Shown here piece after piece: positions 38,123 through 47,988 of a stretch of 64,000 bases of DNA (position 1 is its first letter; each line of letters begins with the position of its first letter). Source of the DNA: Alphaproteobacteria bacterium (GTDB lineage Bacteria; Pseudomonadota; Alphaproteobacteria; UBA9219); NCBI GenBank assembly GCA_019233975.1, contig JAFALY010000033.1, positions 16,602-80,601 of the forward strand. The letters run 5' to 3'. The notes under the pieces were generated by a model. The model saw only the letters and a list, made by a program, of their open reading frames with translations, did no database searches and was not told the DNA's origin. Position numbers and translations under genes: made by a program.

Positions 38123-39261
38123 GGCGCCGGGCAAAGGCGTGCCGCACCTTTGTTGATGACGCACAACCACCAGTCATTGAACCACACCAGCGGCATCGCG
38201 ATGACATAGCTTGCCACGATTGAGCCAAACACCGCGCACAGCGTGCCATAGTGCAGATACAAGGCCGCCCCTACAGAGCATATGACGGGGGTCTGCACTA
38301 GATACACGGGGAACGAATACCGTCCCAGAAAGCGGAATATGCCATCCGACATAAAGTCACGCATGGGGGCATATGTTTCGCACAGATATATCAGGATGAT
38401 GGCGCCAATAATATTGGGATACGTCGTATAGAGGTGGTTATAGTCACCCAATATAGTGAAAGGTAGATAAGCACCGGCAGAACTACCCGAATAGCCCAAC
38501 AAATATAATGCGCCGACAGTAGCGGCAATAAAAACTCCGCAACTTGTTTTCTTGTTGGCAGGTAAGATGGAGGCCAACACTACCCCTAGCGGAAAAGCCA
38601 CCAAATACGGTATTGAGAAATGACAAAGAACAACGATGACGACCAGCAGAATAATAGAAAAAACATGCGTTGATGACAGGCGGCGCGCATTATACACCAG
38701 TATCGCCATACCGTAGGCTATCAAACTCCCTATCAGCTCAATCCGCATGGTCCACAGACTGCTGTCATACGAACCATCGCCCCTTGTCAGGTTTAAAAAT
38801 AGCCCCTGCGCCACTGCCGTCCAGAATGACGGTTTAAAGGGAGTTCGATAGGCATTCCCGAATGTATACAGCCATGGTGATTGCGATTGAACAGCTGCGT
38901 CTTCATATGAATATAAATGAAAGACGAACAGCAGATAGGAAAACATAATGGCTATAAAAATAGGTCCCATTAGGCGGGGATACCTTTTCACTACGCCGCG
39001 CACGATTGTCTGTACGTCACCGGTAAGCAGATATTTACGTACCAGCACATACCCGGATAAAACAAAGAAAAGCGCAACGGCTGCACCACCATTCATGAAA
39101 ACGAAAAACGGATATCCTTGCCAACTTGTCGCATCATACTGAGGGAAAATCCCGCTGTGAAATGGCCAGAACCCCAACAACGCGTGATAGATCACAACCA
39201 CCAGCGCCGCCATGCCGCGCAAACCTTCCAGCGCGTAGTCTTTATTATCTGACTTATTCAT
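38113..39261 (-). CDS. Membrane acyltransferase (acyltransferase_3 family)
   Basis: The ATG at 39261 is preceded by GAGGTGA. 'LEGLRGMAALVVVIYH' motif and about 10 TM segments. Visibly more AT-rich than its neighbours. Confidence 0.85.
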   Translation of the reverse strand: MNKSDNKDYALEGLRGMAALVVVIYHALLGFWPFHSGIFPQYDATSWQGYPFFVFMNGGAAVALFFVLSGYVLVRKYLLTGDVQTIVRGVVKRYPRLMGPIFIAIMFSYLLFVFHLYSYEDAAVQSQSPWLYTFGNAYRTPFKPSFWTAVAQGLFLNLTRGDGSYDSSLWTMRIELIGSLIAYGMAILVYNARRLSSTHVFSIILLVVIVVLCHFSIPYLVAFPLGVVLASILPANKKTSCGVFIAATVGALYLLGYSGSSAGAYLPFTILGDYNHLYTTYPNIIGAIILIYLCETYAPMRDFMSDGIFRFLGRYSFPVYLVQTPVICSVGAALYLHYGTLCAVFGSIVASYVIAMPLVWFNDWWLCVINKGAARLCPAPQV

Positions 39262-39272
39262 ACTCACCTCGA

Positions 39273-40535
39273 TCAAACCTTCCTCACCACCCGCTCAACC
39301 GGGAAAGTCAACGTCACGCTGGTCCCCACGCTGACCTTGCTTTGCAGGTCGAAAATACCGTCATGTAGTTCCACGAGCGCCTTGGTCAGAGGCAAGCCAA
39401 GCCCCGTTCCCTGATGCGTACGGCTGAGGGCACTTTCAATCTGGCCAAATGGCGCCAGCGCCACCGGAATATCTTCAGGCGCAATGCCAATACCCGTATC
39501 CGTCACGCGGATAACAATGCGGTTTTTGTCATCCATATAGGCTTCAAGGGTCACATCACCGCCTTCAGGCGTAAATTTGATGGCATTCGTCAAAAGGTTG
39601 GTCAGCACCTGCTTGATCGCGCGTTCTTCGCCACGCAAAGCGGGCATATCACGCGCGACACGAACGTTCAGATGCTGCTTGCTCATCTTCGCGCGCGCCG
39701 CGACCAGGCGCACCACCGACTGCACCGTATTGTCGATGTCCATATTGGTTTCTGCAAGGTCGCGCTTACCGGATTCAATTTTCGACATATCCAGAATGTC
39801 ATTAATCAAGGACAGCAACAACGAACCGCTGTCAAAAATATCACTGGCATACTCGACATATTGCGCCTGACCGACGGGGCCGAACATTTCGCCTTTAATG
39901 ATTTCGGCAAAACCGATAATGGCGTTCAACGGCGTACGCAATTCATGGCTCATATTCGCAAGAAATTCCGATTTACTGCGGTTAGCAAAATCAGCCTGTT
40001 CTTTGGCTTGCAACAACGCGATCTCCGCCTTGCGTCGTTCGGTCATGTCAAACATCGTGCATTCGACCGTCGGGCCACACCCGGCTTCGCCCGCAACCAA
40101 ATATCCGCTAATGCTCAGCCACAACGGCCGCCCTGCATTGGTACGCGCTTCTGCTTCGCGCGTCGTAACGCCACCCTGCCCCATGCCCTGCAACCAGGCG
40201 CGGTGGGCGGCCGTGTCCGTGAACAATCCTTCGGCTTTGTCAGGCTGTGCTGCCAATAAGGCAGCAACCGTTTCAAAACCCAGCATTTTTGCCATTGTCG
40301 GGTTCGCATTCAGCCATTGCCCATCCATGGCAATTTCGCAAATGCCGATACCGGCATTTTCAAAAATGGCGCGATAGCTTTGCTCGCTGCGTAGCAGTGC
40401 CTTGGTAACTGTCGTATCAACTTCGGGTTGCACAACCGGCGGCTGCCACGTCCCCGCTTGCGAGGCGTCACCGTCACCATCGGCGGCCTTAACCGCACCC
40501 CAGAGCGAGCGTATCGACGTAAGCAGTGAATCCAT
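39273..40535 (-). CDS. PAS-domain sensor histidine kinase (soluble)
   Basis: PAS '[26 protein letters not shown]'. H-box '[19 protein letters not shown]'. 'VTDTGIGI' and '[13 protein letters not shown]'. Start taken at ATG 40535; the track start 40601 is GTG. Confidence 0.85.
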   Translation of the reverse strand: MDSLLTSIRSLWGAVKAADGDGDASQAGTWQPPVVQPEVDTTVTKALLRSEQSYRAIFENAGIGICEIAMDGQWLNANPTMAKMLGFETVAALLAAQPDKAEGLFTDTAAHRAWLQGMGQGGVTTREAEARTNAGRPLWLSISGYLVAGEAGCGPTVECTMFDMTERRKAEIALLQAKEQADFANRSKSEFLANMSHELRTPLNAIIGFAEIIKGEMFGPVGQAQYVEYASDIFDSGSLLLSLINDILDMSKIESGKRDLAETNMDIDNTVQSVVRLVAARAKMSKQHLNVRVARDMPALRGEERAIKQVLTNLLTNAIKFTPEGGDVTLEAYMDDKNRIVIRVTDTGIGIAPEDIPVALAPFGQIESALSRTHQGTGLGLPLTKALVELHDGIFDLQSKVSVGTSVTLTFPVERVVRKV

Positions 40536-40691
40536 AGCAAATATCCGTAACGAAAAGCTGCTCCAAGATTGGTTAGTAACGCCTAATATCCCGTTAACCA
40601 CATCGGCAGTGGGCTCTAAAGCATTCTCTTAGTCTAGAACATCATTTCTCAATGAGCCTATAGAGTTGGCATGGCCAGCTTGCCTATTCGT

Positions 40692-41486
40692 TCAAGCAGA
40701 GGCCCATCCGTGCAAAAAGATGATTTCGAAAGTCAGCGGCAATTGACCATCAGGCAGAACGTAACGATCCCGGTACAATTTTTCGGCCAACTGGAACACC
40801 TTGCGTGGCGTTGGCCGTCGCAGGCGCTCATGGTGCAAATTGGCCCCGCCCATCCCGCGCAGGTCACGCATCATGGTAAAAATGTCGGGGTAAGCCAGCG
40901 TAATGAATTCAGAATCCACCACAGGCAGGACAAAGCCTGCCCGCTGCATCAGGCCGCTTGCCATAGGCAGGTCAATGACAGGATGAACACGCGGGCTGAC
41001 ACCGCCCATCAGCATCATTTCCGCTTCCATCAAACAGTCGCGAAGCTCCACTAGACTATCACCGCCCAGTAGGGCAGCCAGCAACATGCCGTCAGATTTC
41101 AGTATTTGCCTGATCTGCACTAAAGCACCCGGCAAGTCATTCACCAGATGCAAGGTCATGTTGCCAACGATCAGATCAAAGCTTTGCGCCGCAAACGGCA
41201 GGCATTCTTCATCCACCGCCGCCGCTATGCCTGTGGCGCAGCCCAGAAGGTCTGCGGACACAATCATACGTTCCGGCGCGGTCATCATACTGGATAGCTT
41301 ATCGTTGCCGCCACTTAGATCCAGCACGTGGGGAAATGGACGCTTCACGTCGGTAAGTCGGGTGTGCAACAAAGTCGCCGCTTCATGCTGCAAAACATCG
41401 TGCCTGCGCCTGTTCGACCAGCAACGCCGCAGCCTTTGCCGCAGCAGGGCACGATCGAAAACAGTTATTGGGGCGTGGTCGGACAT
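40692..41486 (-). CDS. SAM-dependent methyltransferase (class I)
   Basis: About 260 aa. 'HVLDLSGG' and 'FDLIVGNMTLHLVNDLPG' resemble the methyltransferase type-11 fold. Confidence 0.65.
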   Translation of the reverse strand: MSDHAPITVFDRALLRQRLRRCWSNRRRHDVLQHEAATLLHTRLTDVKRPFPHVLDLSGGNDKLSSMMTAPERMIVSADLLGCATGIAAAVDEECLPFAAQSFDLIVGNMTLHLVNDLPGALVQIRQILKSDGMLLAALLGGDSLVELRDCLMEAEMMLMGGVSPRVHPVIDLPMASGLMQRAGFVLPVVDSEFITLAYPDIFTMMRDLRGMGGANLHHERLRRPTPRKVFQLAEKLYRDRYVLPDGQLPLTFEIIFLHGWASA

Positions 41487-41524
41487 GCGCTAGATTATCA
41501 AAAGAACCAGTTGGCAGGCATAGT

Positions 41525-42274
41525 ATGACCTCAACAGCAACAAGTCTATGGTCTGACCTGAGGCGCGGTATGATGGATTTTATCCTGCCGCCGCTATGCC
41601 TTTCTTGCGACACGCGCGTTGAGCGTGCTCACAGCCTGTGCCCCGCCTGTTGGGGTAAAACGCACTTTATAGCGCCGCCCTATTGCGTGACGTGCGGCAT
41701 GCCCTTCGACGCACCCGTCGGGGATGATATGCAATGCGCACACTGCATAGCCAACCCGCCGGAATATACCCGCGCACGCGCCAGCATGATTTATGATGAT
41801 GCCAGCAAGGGTATGATCCTGGGCTTCAAGCATGGCGACAGAACCTACATGGCTCAGGCCATGGGGCAATGGATGGCACAAGCCGGCCAAGCCCTGCTGC
41901 AGGAAAGTGATTATATCGTACCCGTACCCCTGCATCGCTGGCGGCTGTTTCATCGGCGCTATAATCAGGCTGCCCTGATGGCGCGTATTATTGCCGCGCA
42001 GGTGAATAAACCCTTACTGGCGGACTGCCTGATCCGCAGCCGACACACACCACAGCAAGGCCATATGAACCGCACCGAGCGCGCCAAGAATGTCAAAGAC
42101 GCTTTTCGCGTCCATGCTACACACCGGCAAGCCATTCTGGGCAAGACGATAACACTGATAGATGATGTGCTGACCACAGGCGCCACACTTAATGAATGCG
42201 CGCACACCCTACGCACAGCGGGCGCTGCAACTGTGCATGTTGTCACACTGGCCCGCGTGCGCAATCTGGTTTGA
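41525..42274 (+). CDS. comF: ComF-family phosphoribosyltransferase-like protein
   Basis: N-terminal Cys pairs 'CLSCDTRV...CPACW', 'CVTCGMPF...CAHC'. PRT motif 'ITLIDDVLTTGATL'. Confidence 0.8.
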   Translation: MTSTATSLWSDLRRGMMDFILPPLCLSCDTRVERAHSLCPACWGKTHFIAPPYCVTCGMPFDAPVGDDMQCAHCIANPPEYTRARASMIYDDASKGMILGFKHGDRTYMAQAMGQWMAQAGQALLQESDYIVPVPLHRWRLFHRRYNQAALMARIIAAQVNKPLLADCLIRSRHTPQQGHMNRTERAKNVKDAFRVHATHRQAILGKTITLIDDVLTTGATLNECAHTLRTAGAATVHVVTLARVRNLV

Positions 42275-42327
42275 TTTCGTCAGTCAACAGGCGCAAAATA
42301 GCCGCGAAACCTTGAAGGAGATACCCC

Positions 42328-42585
42328 ATGGCTGACATCACCGTCTATTCCGGCCCCAGCTGCCCCTACTGCGACCGCGCCAAATTGCTGCTGAAGAAAA
42401 AAGGCGCTGCGTTTACCGAAGTGAATGTAAAGGCTGATCCCGCCAAACTGGAAGAGATGATGACGCGCGCTAATGGCAAGCGCACTATCCCGCAAATTTT
42501 CATCAACAACCAGCATATCGGCGGTTGTGATGATCTGTACGCGCTGGATGCCGCCGGAAAGCTGGATTCGCTGCTGGCCTCGTAA
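42328..42585 (+). CDS. grxC: Glutaredoxin 3
   Basis: 'ITVYSGPSCPYCDRAKLLLKKKG' (CPYC) and 'TIPQIFINNQHIGGCDDL'. Confidence 0.95.
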   Translation: MADITVYSGPSCPYCDRAKLLLKKKGAAFTEVNVKADPAKLEEMMTRANGKRTIPQIFINNQHIGGCDDLYALDAAGKLDSLLAS

Positions 42586-42590
42586 GCCGG

Positions 42591-43355
42591 TCAGTCCTTG
42601 ACGAAGGCGACCATATAATTTACGGACAGATCGCGCGGATCTAGGCTGAATGTCTGATGCAGCGGGTTATAGACAACACCTGTCGCATCTACGACACGCA
42701 GCCCGTGTTGTTCCAGCGCACGCATCAGCTCAGACGGACGGACAAATTTTTTCCACTGGTGCGTGCCGCGCGGCACCCAACGCAGAATATACTCAGCGGC
42801 GACAATGCCCATTGCATAGCTTTTAGCCGTCCTGTTCAATGTGGATGCAACCAGTAACCCACCCGGATGCAGACAATCAGCCAATGCTCGTGAAAACGCG
42901 TTCATGTCGGCAACATGTTCGACAATTTCCATGGCAGTCACGACATCGTATTGCTTCCCTTTGGCCGCAACCTCTTCAACACTGGTGGCCTGATAGCTGA
43001 TTTCCAACCCCGACTGACGCGCATGGGCACGGGCAGCCTTTATGCCCGCTTCTGACGCATCAATGCCCGTTACCTTGGCACCCAGCCGTGCCATGGGCTC
43101 AGCCAGCAAGCCACCTCCGCATCCGACATCCAGCAGCTTTAAGCCTGAAAAAATATTGTATGGCGATGCCTTTGATATCTTTAATCGCTCAACCGCCTGA
43201 TCGCGCACATAAGCAAGACGCACCGGGTTCAATTTATGCAAAGGCGCAAAATCGCCGTCCGCCAGCCACCAATCCTCAGATTGGGCAGAAAAACGGGCGA
43301 TTTCATCGCTGGAAATACTGGCTGATTTCTTTGTCGGCATCGGTGCTTGCGTCAT
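42591..43355 (-). CDS. ubiG: Bifunctional ubiquinone-biosynthesis O-methyltransferase UbiG
   Basis: 'EIARFSAQSEDWWLADGDFAPLHKLNPVRLAYV' and 'LLDVGCGGGLLAEPMARLGAKVTGIDAS'. The track start 43376 is TTG; ATG 43355 is chosen. Confidence 0.85.
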   Translation of the reverse strand: MTQAPMPTKKSASISSDEIARFSAQSEDWWLADGDFAPLHKLNPVRLAYVRDQAVERLKISKASPYNIFSGLKLLDVGCGGGLLAEPMARLGAKVTGIDASEAGIKAARAHARQSGLEISYQATSVEEVAAKGKQYDVVTAMEIVEHVADMNAFSRALADCLHPGGLLVASTLNRTAKSYAMGIVAAEYILRWVPRGTHQWKKFVRPSELMRALEQHGLRVVDATGVVYNPLHQTFSLDPRDLSVNYMVAFVKD

Positions 43356-43433
43356 GGGGCATAACAACGCTATCAATAACGCTTAATCCCCTGTCTCACA
43401 AGTCCCCAGAGGGGGCCGTATGGGTTAATAAGT

Positions 43434-44669
43434 ATGTCGCTTTTAGTTATGAAATTTGGCGGTACATCCGTTGGCGATGTTGACCGCATCAAGAATGCTG
43501 CAGCCAAGGTCGCCGCCGAGGTCCAGCGGGGGCACAAAGTGGCCGTCGTCGTATCCGCGATGGCGGGGGCCACGGACGGCCTGATCAACCTCTGCCGCTC
43601 GGTCACGCCCCATTATGACCTGCGTGAATATGACGCTGTTGTCTCAACCGGCGAACAGATCACAGCCGGCCTTATGGCTTTGGCGCTGCGTCAACATGGT
43701 TTAACGGCGCGTTCATGGCAGGGCTGGCAGTTGCCCCTGAAAACAGACGGTAATTATGGCAACGCCCGCATTATGTCGATTGACGGCGACAAGGCGCGCG
43801 AACGCATTCTGGATGGTGAAATCGCCGTGTTGGCTGGGTTCCAGGGCATCAACGACGACAACCGCATTACAACATTGGGCCGCGGCGGATCAGATACCTC
43901 AGCCGTCGCGCTGGCGATCGCCATCAAGGCTGATCGTTGCGATATTTATACGGACGTCGCAGGTGTTTACACAGCCGACCCACGCATTGTTACCAAGGCG
44001 CGTAAAATGTCGCGCGTATCTTACGAAGAAATGCTGGAACTGGCTTCGCTGGGTGCCAAGGTTTTACACACCCGCTCGGTTGAGCTCGGCATGCGTTACC
44101 GCATGCCTATTCAGGTCCTTTCTACTTTTGCAAACGCCTTGGGCAGCGATACGCCGGGCACCATTCTGACTGACGGAGACGAAACCATGGAACAAAATAT
44201 GGTCACAGGCATTGCCTACAACAGCAACCAGGCCAAGATCACGTTGGCCAAGGTTGTCGACAAGCCCGGCATCGCGGCCGCCGTCTTTGCACCATTGGCC
44301 CGCGCAGGCATTAATGTCGATATGATCGTACAAACGGATTCCACCGAAACCGGCAGCACCGACATTACCTTCACGGTCGGCAAGAATGATCTGGAACGCG
44401 CCTGCAAAATACTGGAATCCGAACGCGGAACCATTCAGTACAGCAACCTGCAATCATCGGCGGATGTGACCAAGATCTCGCTGGTTGGCTTTGGCATGCG
44501 CAGCCACTCGGGCGTTGCAGCGACAATGTTTGAAACTTTGGCCAGCAAGGGCATCAATATTCAGGTTATCGAAACGTCGGAAATAAACACCAGCGTATTG
44601 ATTGACGAAGAATATACCGAACTGGCGCTGCGCGCCCTGCACACCGCCTATGGGTTGGATGGCCAATGA
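43434..44669 (+). CDS. lysC: Aspartate kinase
   Basis: 'LVMKFGGTSVGDVDRIKNAA', 'GRGGSDTSAVALA', and two C-terminal ACT domains. Confidence 0.95.
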   Translation: MSLLVMKFGGTSVGDVDRIKNAAAKVAAEVQRGHKVAVVVSAMAGATDGLINLCRSVTPHYDLREYDAVVSTGEQITAGLMALALRQHGLTARSWQGWQLPLKTDGNYGNARIMSIDGDKARERILDGEIAVLAGFQGINDDNRITTLGRGGSDTSAVALAIAIKADRCDIYTDVAGVYTADPRIVTKARKMSRVSYEEMLELASLGAKVLHTRSVELGMRYRMPIQVLSTFANALGSDTPGTILTDGDETMEQNMVTGIAYNSNQAKITLAKVVDKPGIAAAVFAPLARAGINVDMIVQTDSTETGSTDITFTVGKNDLERACKILESERGTIQYSNLQSSADVTKISLVGFGMRSHSGVAATMFETLASKGINIQVIETSEINTSVLIDEEYTELALRALHTAYGLDGQ

Positions 44670-45685
44670 GAAACGTTAGTCCCGCCCTGCACCGTCTGTG
44701 GCAACGTGGTTGTGATTTTCTGAATGTTCCCTACGCTATTATGGGCGGAGCGATGAGCTGGGTTTCCGAACGCCATCTGGTCGCCGCCATTTCAAACGGC
44801 GGTGGCTTTGGCACGATCGCGGGCGGTTCCATGCCACCCGAACTGTTGGCCAAGGAAATTGAAGCGACACAGGCCCTTACCACCAAAAGCTTTGGCGTGA
44901 ACCTTATTACGTTGCACCCGCAACTGGATGCGCTGATTGACGTCTGTCTGGCTAAAAAAATTACGCACATGGTTTTGGCAGGCGGCCTGCCCCCGGCCAA
45001 CGCCATCAAGAAAATCAAGGAAGCCGGCGTCAAGCTGATCTGCTTCACGCCAACGGCTGCGCTTGGCAAAAAACTGGTGCGAATGGGTGTTGATGCGCTG
45101 GTTATTGAAGGCATGGAAGCCGGCGGCCATATAGGCCCCGTCAGCACTTCCGTTCTGGCGCAGGAGATCCTGCCCGAAATACGTGACGTGCCCGTGTTTG
45201 TGGCTGGCGGCATTGGTCGCGGCGAGGCCATTGCGTCCTACCTTGAAATGGGTGCGGCGGGTGTACAGCTCGGCACACGCTTTGTCTGCGCCACCGAATG
45301 CATTGCGCACCCGAAATTCAAACAGGCATTCATGCGCGCAGCAGCACGTGATGCCGTACCGTCGGTCCAGATAGACCCGCGCTTCCCCATCATACCGGTG
45401 CGCGCGCTGGCCAATGAGGGCAGCCGCCTGTTCATGGAAAAGCAGCGCGAAGTCATCGAACGCTTTGACAAGGGCGAGCTCAACAAAGAATCCGCACAGT
45501 TGGAAATTGAGCATTTCTGGGCGGGTGCCTTACGTCGTGCGGTTATCGATGGCGATGTGGATATGGGTTCCGTTATGGCCGGGCAAAGCGTTGGCATGGT
45601 CAACAAGGAACAACCGACCGCCGAAATCATTCAGGAACTGATTGATCAGGCCGAAAATGCCCTGAAACAACGCCAATCAGCATAA
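44666..45685 (+). CDS. Nitronate monooxygenase / enoyl-ACP reductase II-like flavoprotein (NPD family)
   Basis: 'IMGGAMSWVSERHLVAAISNGGGFGTIAGG', 'VIEGMEAGGHIG', 'VAGGIGRGE'. Confidence 0.8.
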   Translation: MRNVSPALHRLWQRGCDFLNVPYAIMGGAMSWVSERHLVAAISNGGGFGTIAGGSMPPELLAKEIEATQALTTKSFGVNLITLHPQLDALIDVCLAKKITHMVLAGGLPPANAIKKIKEAGVKLICFTPTAALGKKLVRMGVDALVIEGMEAGGHIGPVSTSVLAQEILPEIRDVPVFVAGGIGRGEAIASYLEMGAAGVQLGTRFVCATECIAHPKFKQAFMRAAARDAVPSVQIDPRFPIIPVRALANEGSRLFMEKQREVIERFDKGELNKESAQLEIEHFWAGALRRAVIDGDVDMGSVMAGQSVGMVNKEQPTAEIIQELIDQAENALKQRQSA

Positions 45686-45722
45686 GATTCGGGTTAAGAA
45701 TCACTGATTCGTTGCCTTTTAT

Positions 45723-45745
45723 CCCGGAATTGCCTAAATTCCGGG
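45723..45745 (+). other. Perfect 9-bp stem hairpin immediately upstream of the RodZ-like start codon
   Basis: CCCGGAATT-GCCTA-AATTCCGGG ends 1 nt before the ATG at 45747. No U-tract follows it on either strand. Confidence 0.6.
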
Positions 45746-45746
45746 C

Positions 45747-46682
45747 ATGGCTTATCCGCAAAAAAATTCGCGCTCAGCGCAATCCGATTACAGTCAGGGA
45801 CAAGACGCCGCATCCATCGCGGCCGCGTCTTCTACCTACACCCCGCCGGTGGGTGAGCGTCTGGGTGACCTGCTGCGCCGTGAGCGTGAACGTCGCGGCG
45901 ACAATCTGGACTATATCGCCGAATATCTGCGCATCCGTCCGTCATTCCTGCGGGCCATTGAACACAGCCGTTATGAAGAATTTCCAGCCGATGCCTATGT
46001 CATCGGGTTCCTGCGTTCTTATGCCGAGTATCTGGGCCTGAACGGCAAGGATGCTATCGACTATTACCGTCATGAAATGGCTGGCCGCCGCCGCAAGCCG
46101 ACTTTGGCCATGCCCACACCACTCAGCGAAGGCCGTTCACCCACCATCCCCATCATGGTTGCCGCGGGTCTGGCCGTCCTTGTCATTTATATCATCTGGT
46201 ACAGCTTCTCAGGCAGCGACAGGGCAACAGTATCAGTGCCACAGCCCCTGCCCCCGCAAGTCTCGACAGAAACAACGCACGGCACGTCAACGAACACGAC
46301 CTCTGCGGCATCTGCCATCTACGCAACGCCACTATCGTCTACATCGCCCCTGGCGTCAGTAGAGCAAGCAACTGCGAAAACAGCGCAGGCTGAAACAACC
46401 ACAGTTACGCAACCACCACATATGGTCATTAAAGCCACGCAGGCGAGTTGGGTTCTGGTAGCGGATGGCAAAGGGATCCCCCTTTATGACAAAGTGATGA
46501 AGGCCGGGGAAAGCTTTAAGGTACCCGACAATGTGTCAGGCCTTACATTGACCACGGGGAACGGCGCAGGGATCGCCATCATGATGGATGGCGTGGAAAT
46601 GCCAAAGCTTTCCAACGCAACGTCCAAGATCATTCGCAACGTACCGCTGGACGCCAGCCTGAAAGACCGCACGCCGCAATAG
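45747..46682 (+). CDS. RodZ-like protein (HTH + TM + DUF4115-like C-terminus)
   Basis: 'GERLGDLLRRERERRGDNLDYIAEYLRIRPSFLRAIEHSRYEEFP', TM 'IMVAAGLAVLVIYIIWY', and a C-terminal beta-rich domain. The true start could be further downstream. Confidence 0.75.
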   Translation: MAYPQKNSRSAQSDYSQGQDAASIAAASSTYTPPVGERLGDLLRRERERRGDNLDYIAEYLRIRPSFLRAIEHSRYEEFPADAYVIGFLRSYAEYLGLNGKDAIDYYRHEMAGRRRKPTLAMPTPLSEGRSPTIPIMVAAGLAVLVIYIIWYSFSGSDRATVSVPQPLPPQVSTETTHGTSTNTTSAASAIYATPLSSTSPLASVEQATAKTAQAETTTVTQPPHMVIKATQASWVLVADGKGIPLYDKVMKAGESFKVPDNVSGLTLTTGNGAGIAIMMDGVEMPKLSNATSKIIRNVPLDASLKDRTPQ

Positions 46683-46683
46683 G

Positions 46684-47988
46684 CTACTGGTTCTTTTTAC
46701 GGCGCAGTTCCGCCCAATAATCCAGCCGTTTACGCACTTCGCGTTCAAAACCGCGTTCGACGGGCTCATAGAATGCCTGACGATTCATACCGTCGGGGAA
46801 GTAATTCTGCCCTGAAAATCCGTCGGCCTGGTCATGATCGTAGGCATAGTTTTCTCCATATCCCATGTCTTTCATCATTGTGGTTGGCGCATTCAGAATA
46901 TGCGCGGGCGGCATCAATGAACCATATTGCTGGGCCGCCGCGCGCGCAGCGCCAAAGGCACGATAACTGGCATTGGATTTAGGCGCAGTGGCCAGATAGA
47001 TGACCAGTTCGGCCACTGCAAGGTCCCCTTCGGGACTGCCAAGCCTTTCATAGGATTGCCATGCCGATAGCGCGATCGTCAGCGCTTGCGGATCCGCCAG
47101 ACCTATATCCTCACTCGCAAAGCGCGTCAGACGTCGCAGAATATAGCGCGGATCTTCACCGCCTTGTAACATACGCGCAAACCAATATAGAGCCGCATCA
47201 CAATCCGACCCGCGTAATGATTTATGCAGGGCACTGATTAAATTATAGTGGCTGTCCTGCCCCTTGTCATACAGGGGGCGACGACGTTGCACAAAACGCG
47301 CCAGAGCATCGACATCCATCGGCGCCGCATTCTTGAGGGCCAGCAGTTCTTCGGCCATCACCAATGCATAACGCCCGTCGCCATCCGCCATGGCGCATAG
47401 GCTTTGCCGCGCTTCCGCTGTTAACGGTAAACGCGCGTTCATCAGTATTTCAGCACGTACCAATAATGTTTCTATTGCAACATCATCCAGCCGTTTTAGA
47501 ACCATGACCTGACAGCGGGATAACAACGCACCGTTCAGTTCAAAAGACGGATTTTCTGTGGTTGCACCGACCAACGTCACCGTGCCGTCTTCGACATAGG
47601 GCAACAACACATCCTGCTGCGCGCGATTAAAGCGATGAATTTCATCGACGAATAACAGCGTTCCCTGCCCTTGCATATGACGTTCAGAAGCCGCTTCGAA
47701 AATTTTACGCAAATCGGCAACGCCGGATGCCACAGCCGATACGGGTTCAAAATACAGATTGACCGCCTGCGCCAAAAGGCGTGCTGTTGTCGTCTTACCA
47801 CAACCGGGCGGCCCCCAAAGGATCATGGATGCCAACCGGCCCGATGCCAGCATGCGCCCAATCGGCGCGTCCGGCGTCAACAGATGATCCTGTCCCACAA
47901 TATCGGACACAATGTGCGGGCGCAGGCGCTCCGCCAACGGCGCTTTAACCGGTGTAGAAAATAACGAAGGCCCGGATCCGCGCACCAC
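46684..47988 (-). CDS. rarA: Replication-associated recombination protein A (AAA+ ATPase)
   Basis: 'MILWGPPGCGKTTTARLLA', 'LLFVDEIHRFNRAQQD', 'LHKSLRGSDCDAALYW'. Confidence 0.95.
   Translation of the reverse strand: MVRGSGPSLFSTPVKAPLAERLRPHIVSDIVGQDHLLTPDAPIGRMLASGRLASMILWGPPGCGKTTTARLLAQAVNLYFEPVSAVASGVADLRKIFEAASERHMQGQGTLLFVDEIHRFNRAQQDVLLPYVEDGTVTLVGATTENPSFELNGALLSRCQVMVLKRLDDVAIETLLVRAEILMNARLPLTAEARQSLCAMADGDGRYALVMAEELLALKNAAPMDVDALARFVQRRRPLYDKGQDSHYNLISALHKSLRGSDCDAALYWFARMLQGGEDPRYILRRLTRFASEDIGLADPQALTIALSAWQSYERLGSPEGDLAVAELVIYLATAPKSNASYRAFGAARAAAQQYGSLMPPAHILNAPTTMMKDMGYGENYAYDHDQADGFSGQNYFPDGMNRQAFYEPVERGFEREVRKRLDYWAELRRKKNQ

Noticed and set aside
45712-46041. 109-aa ORF in an alternative frame over the start of the RodZ-like gene.
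   Set aside because: It is basic and low-complexity. It overlaps a frame that carries a clear HTH motif.
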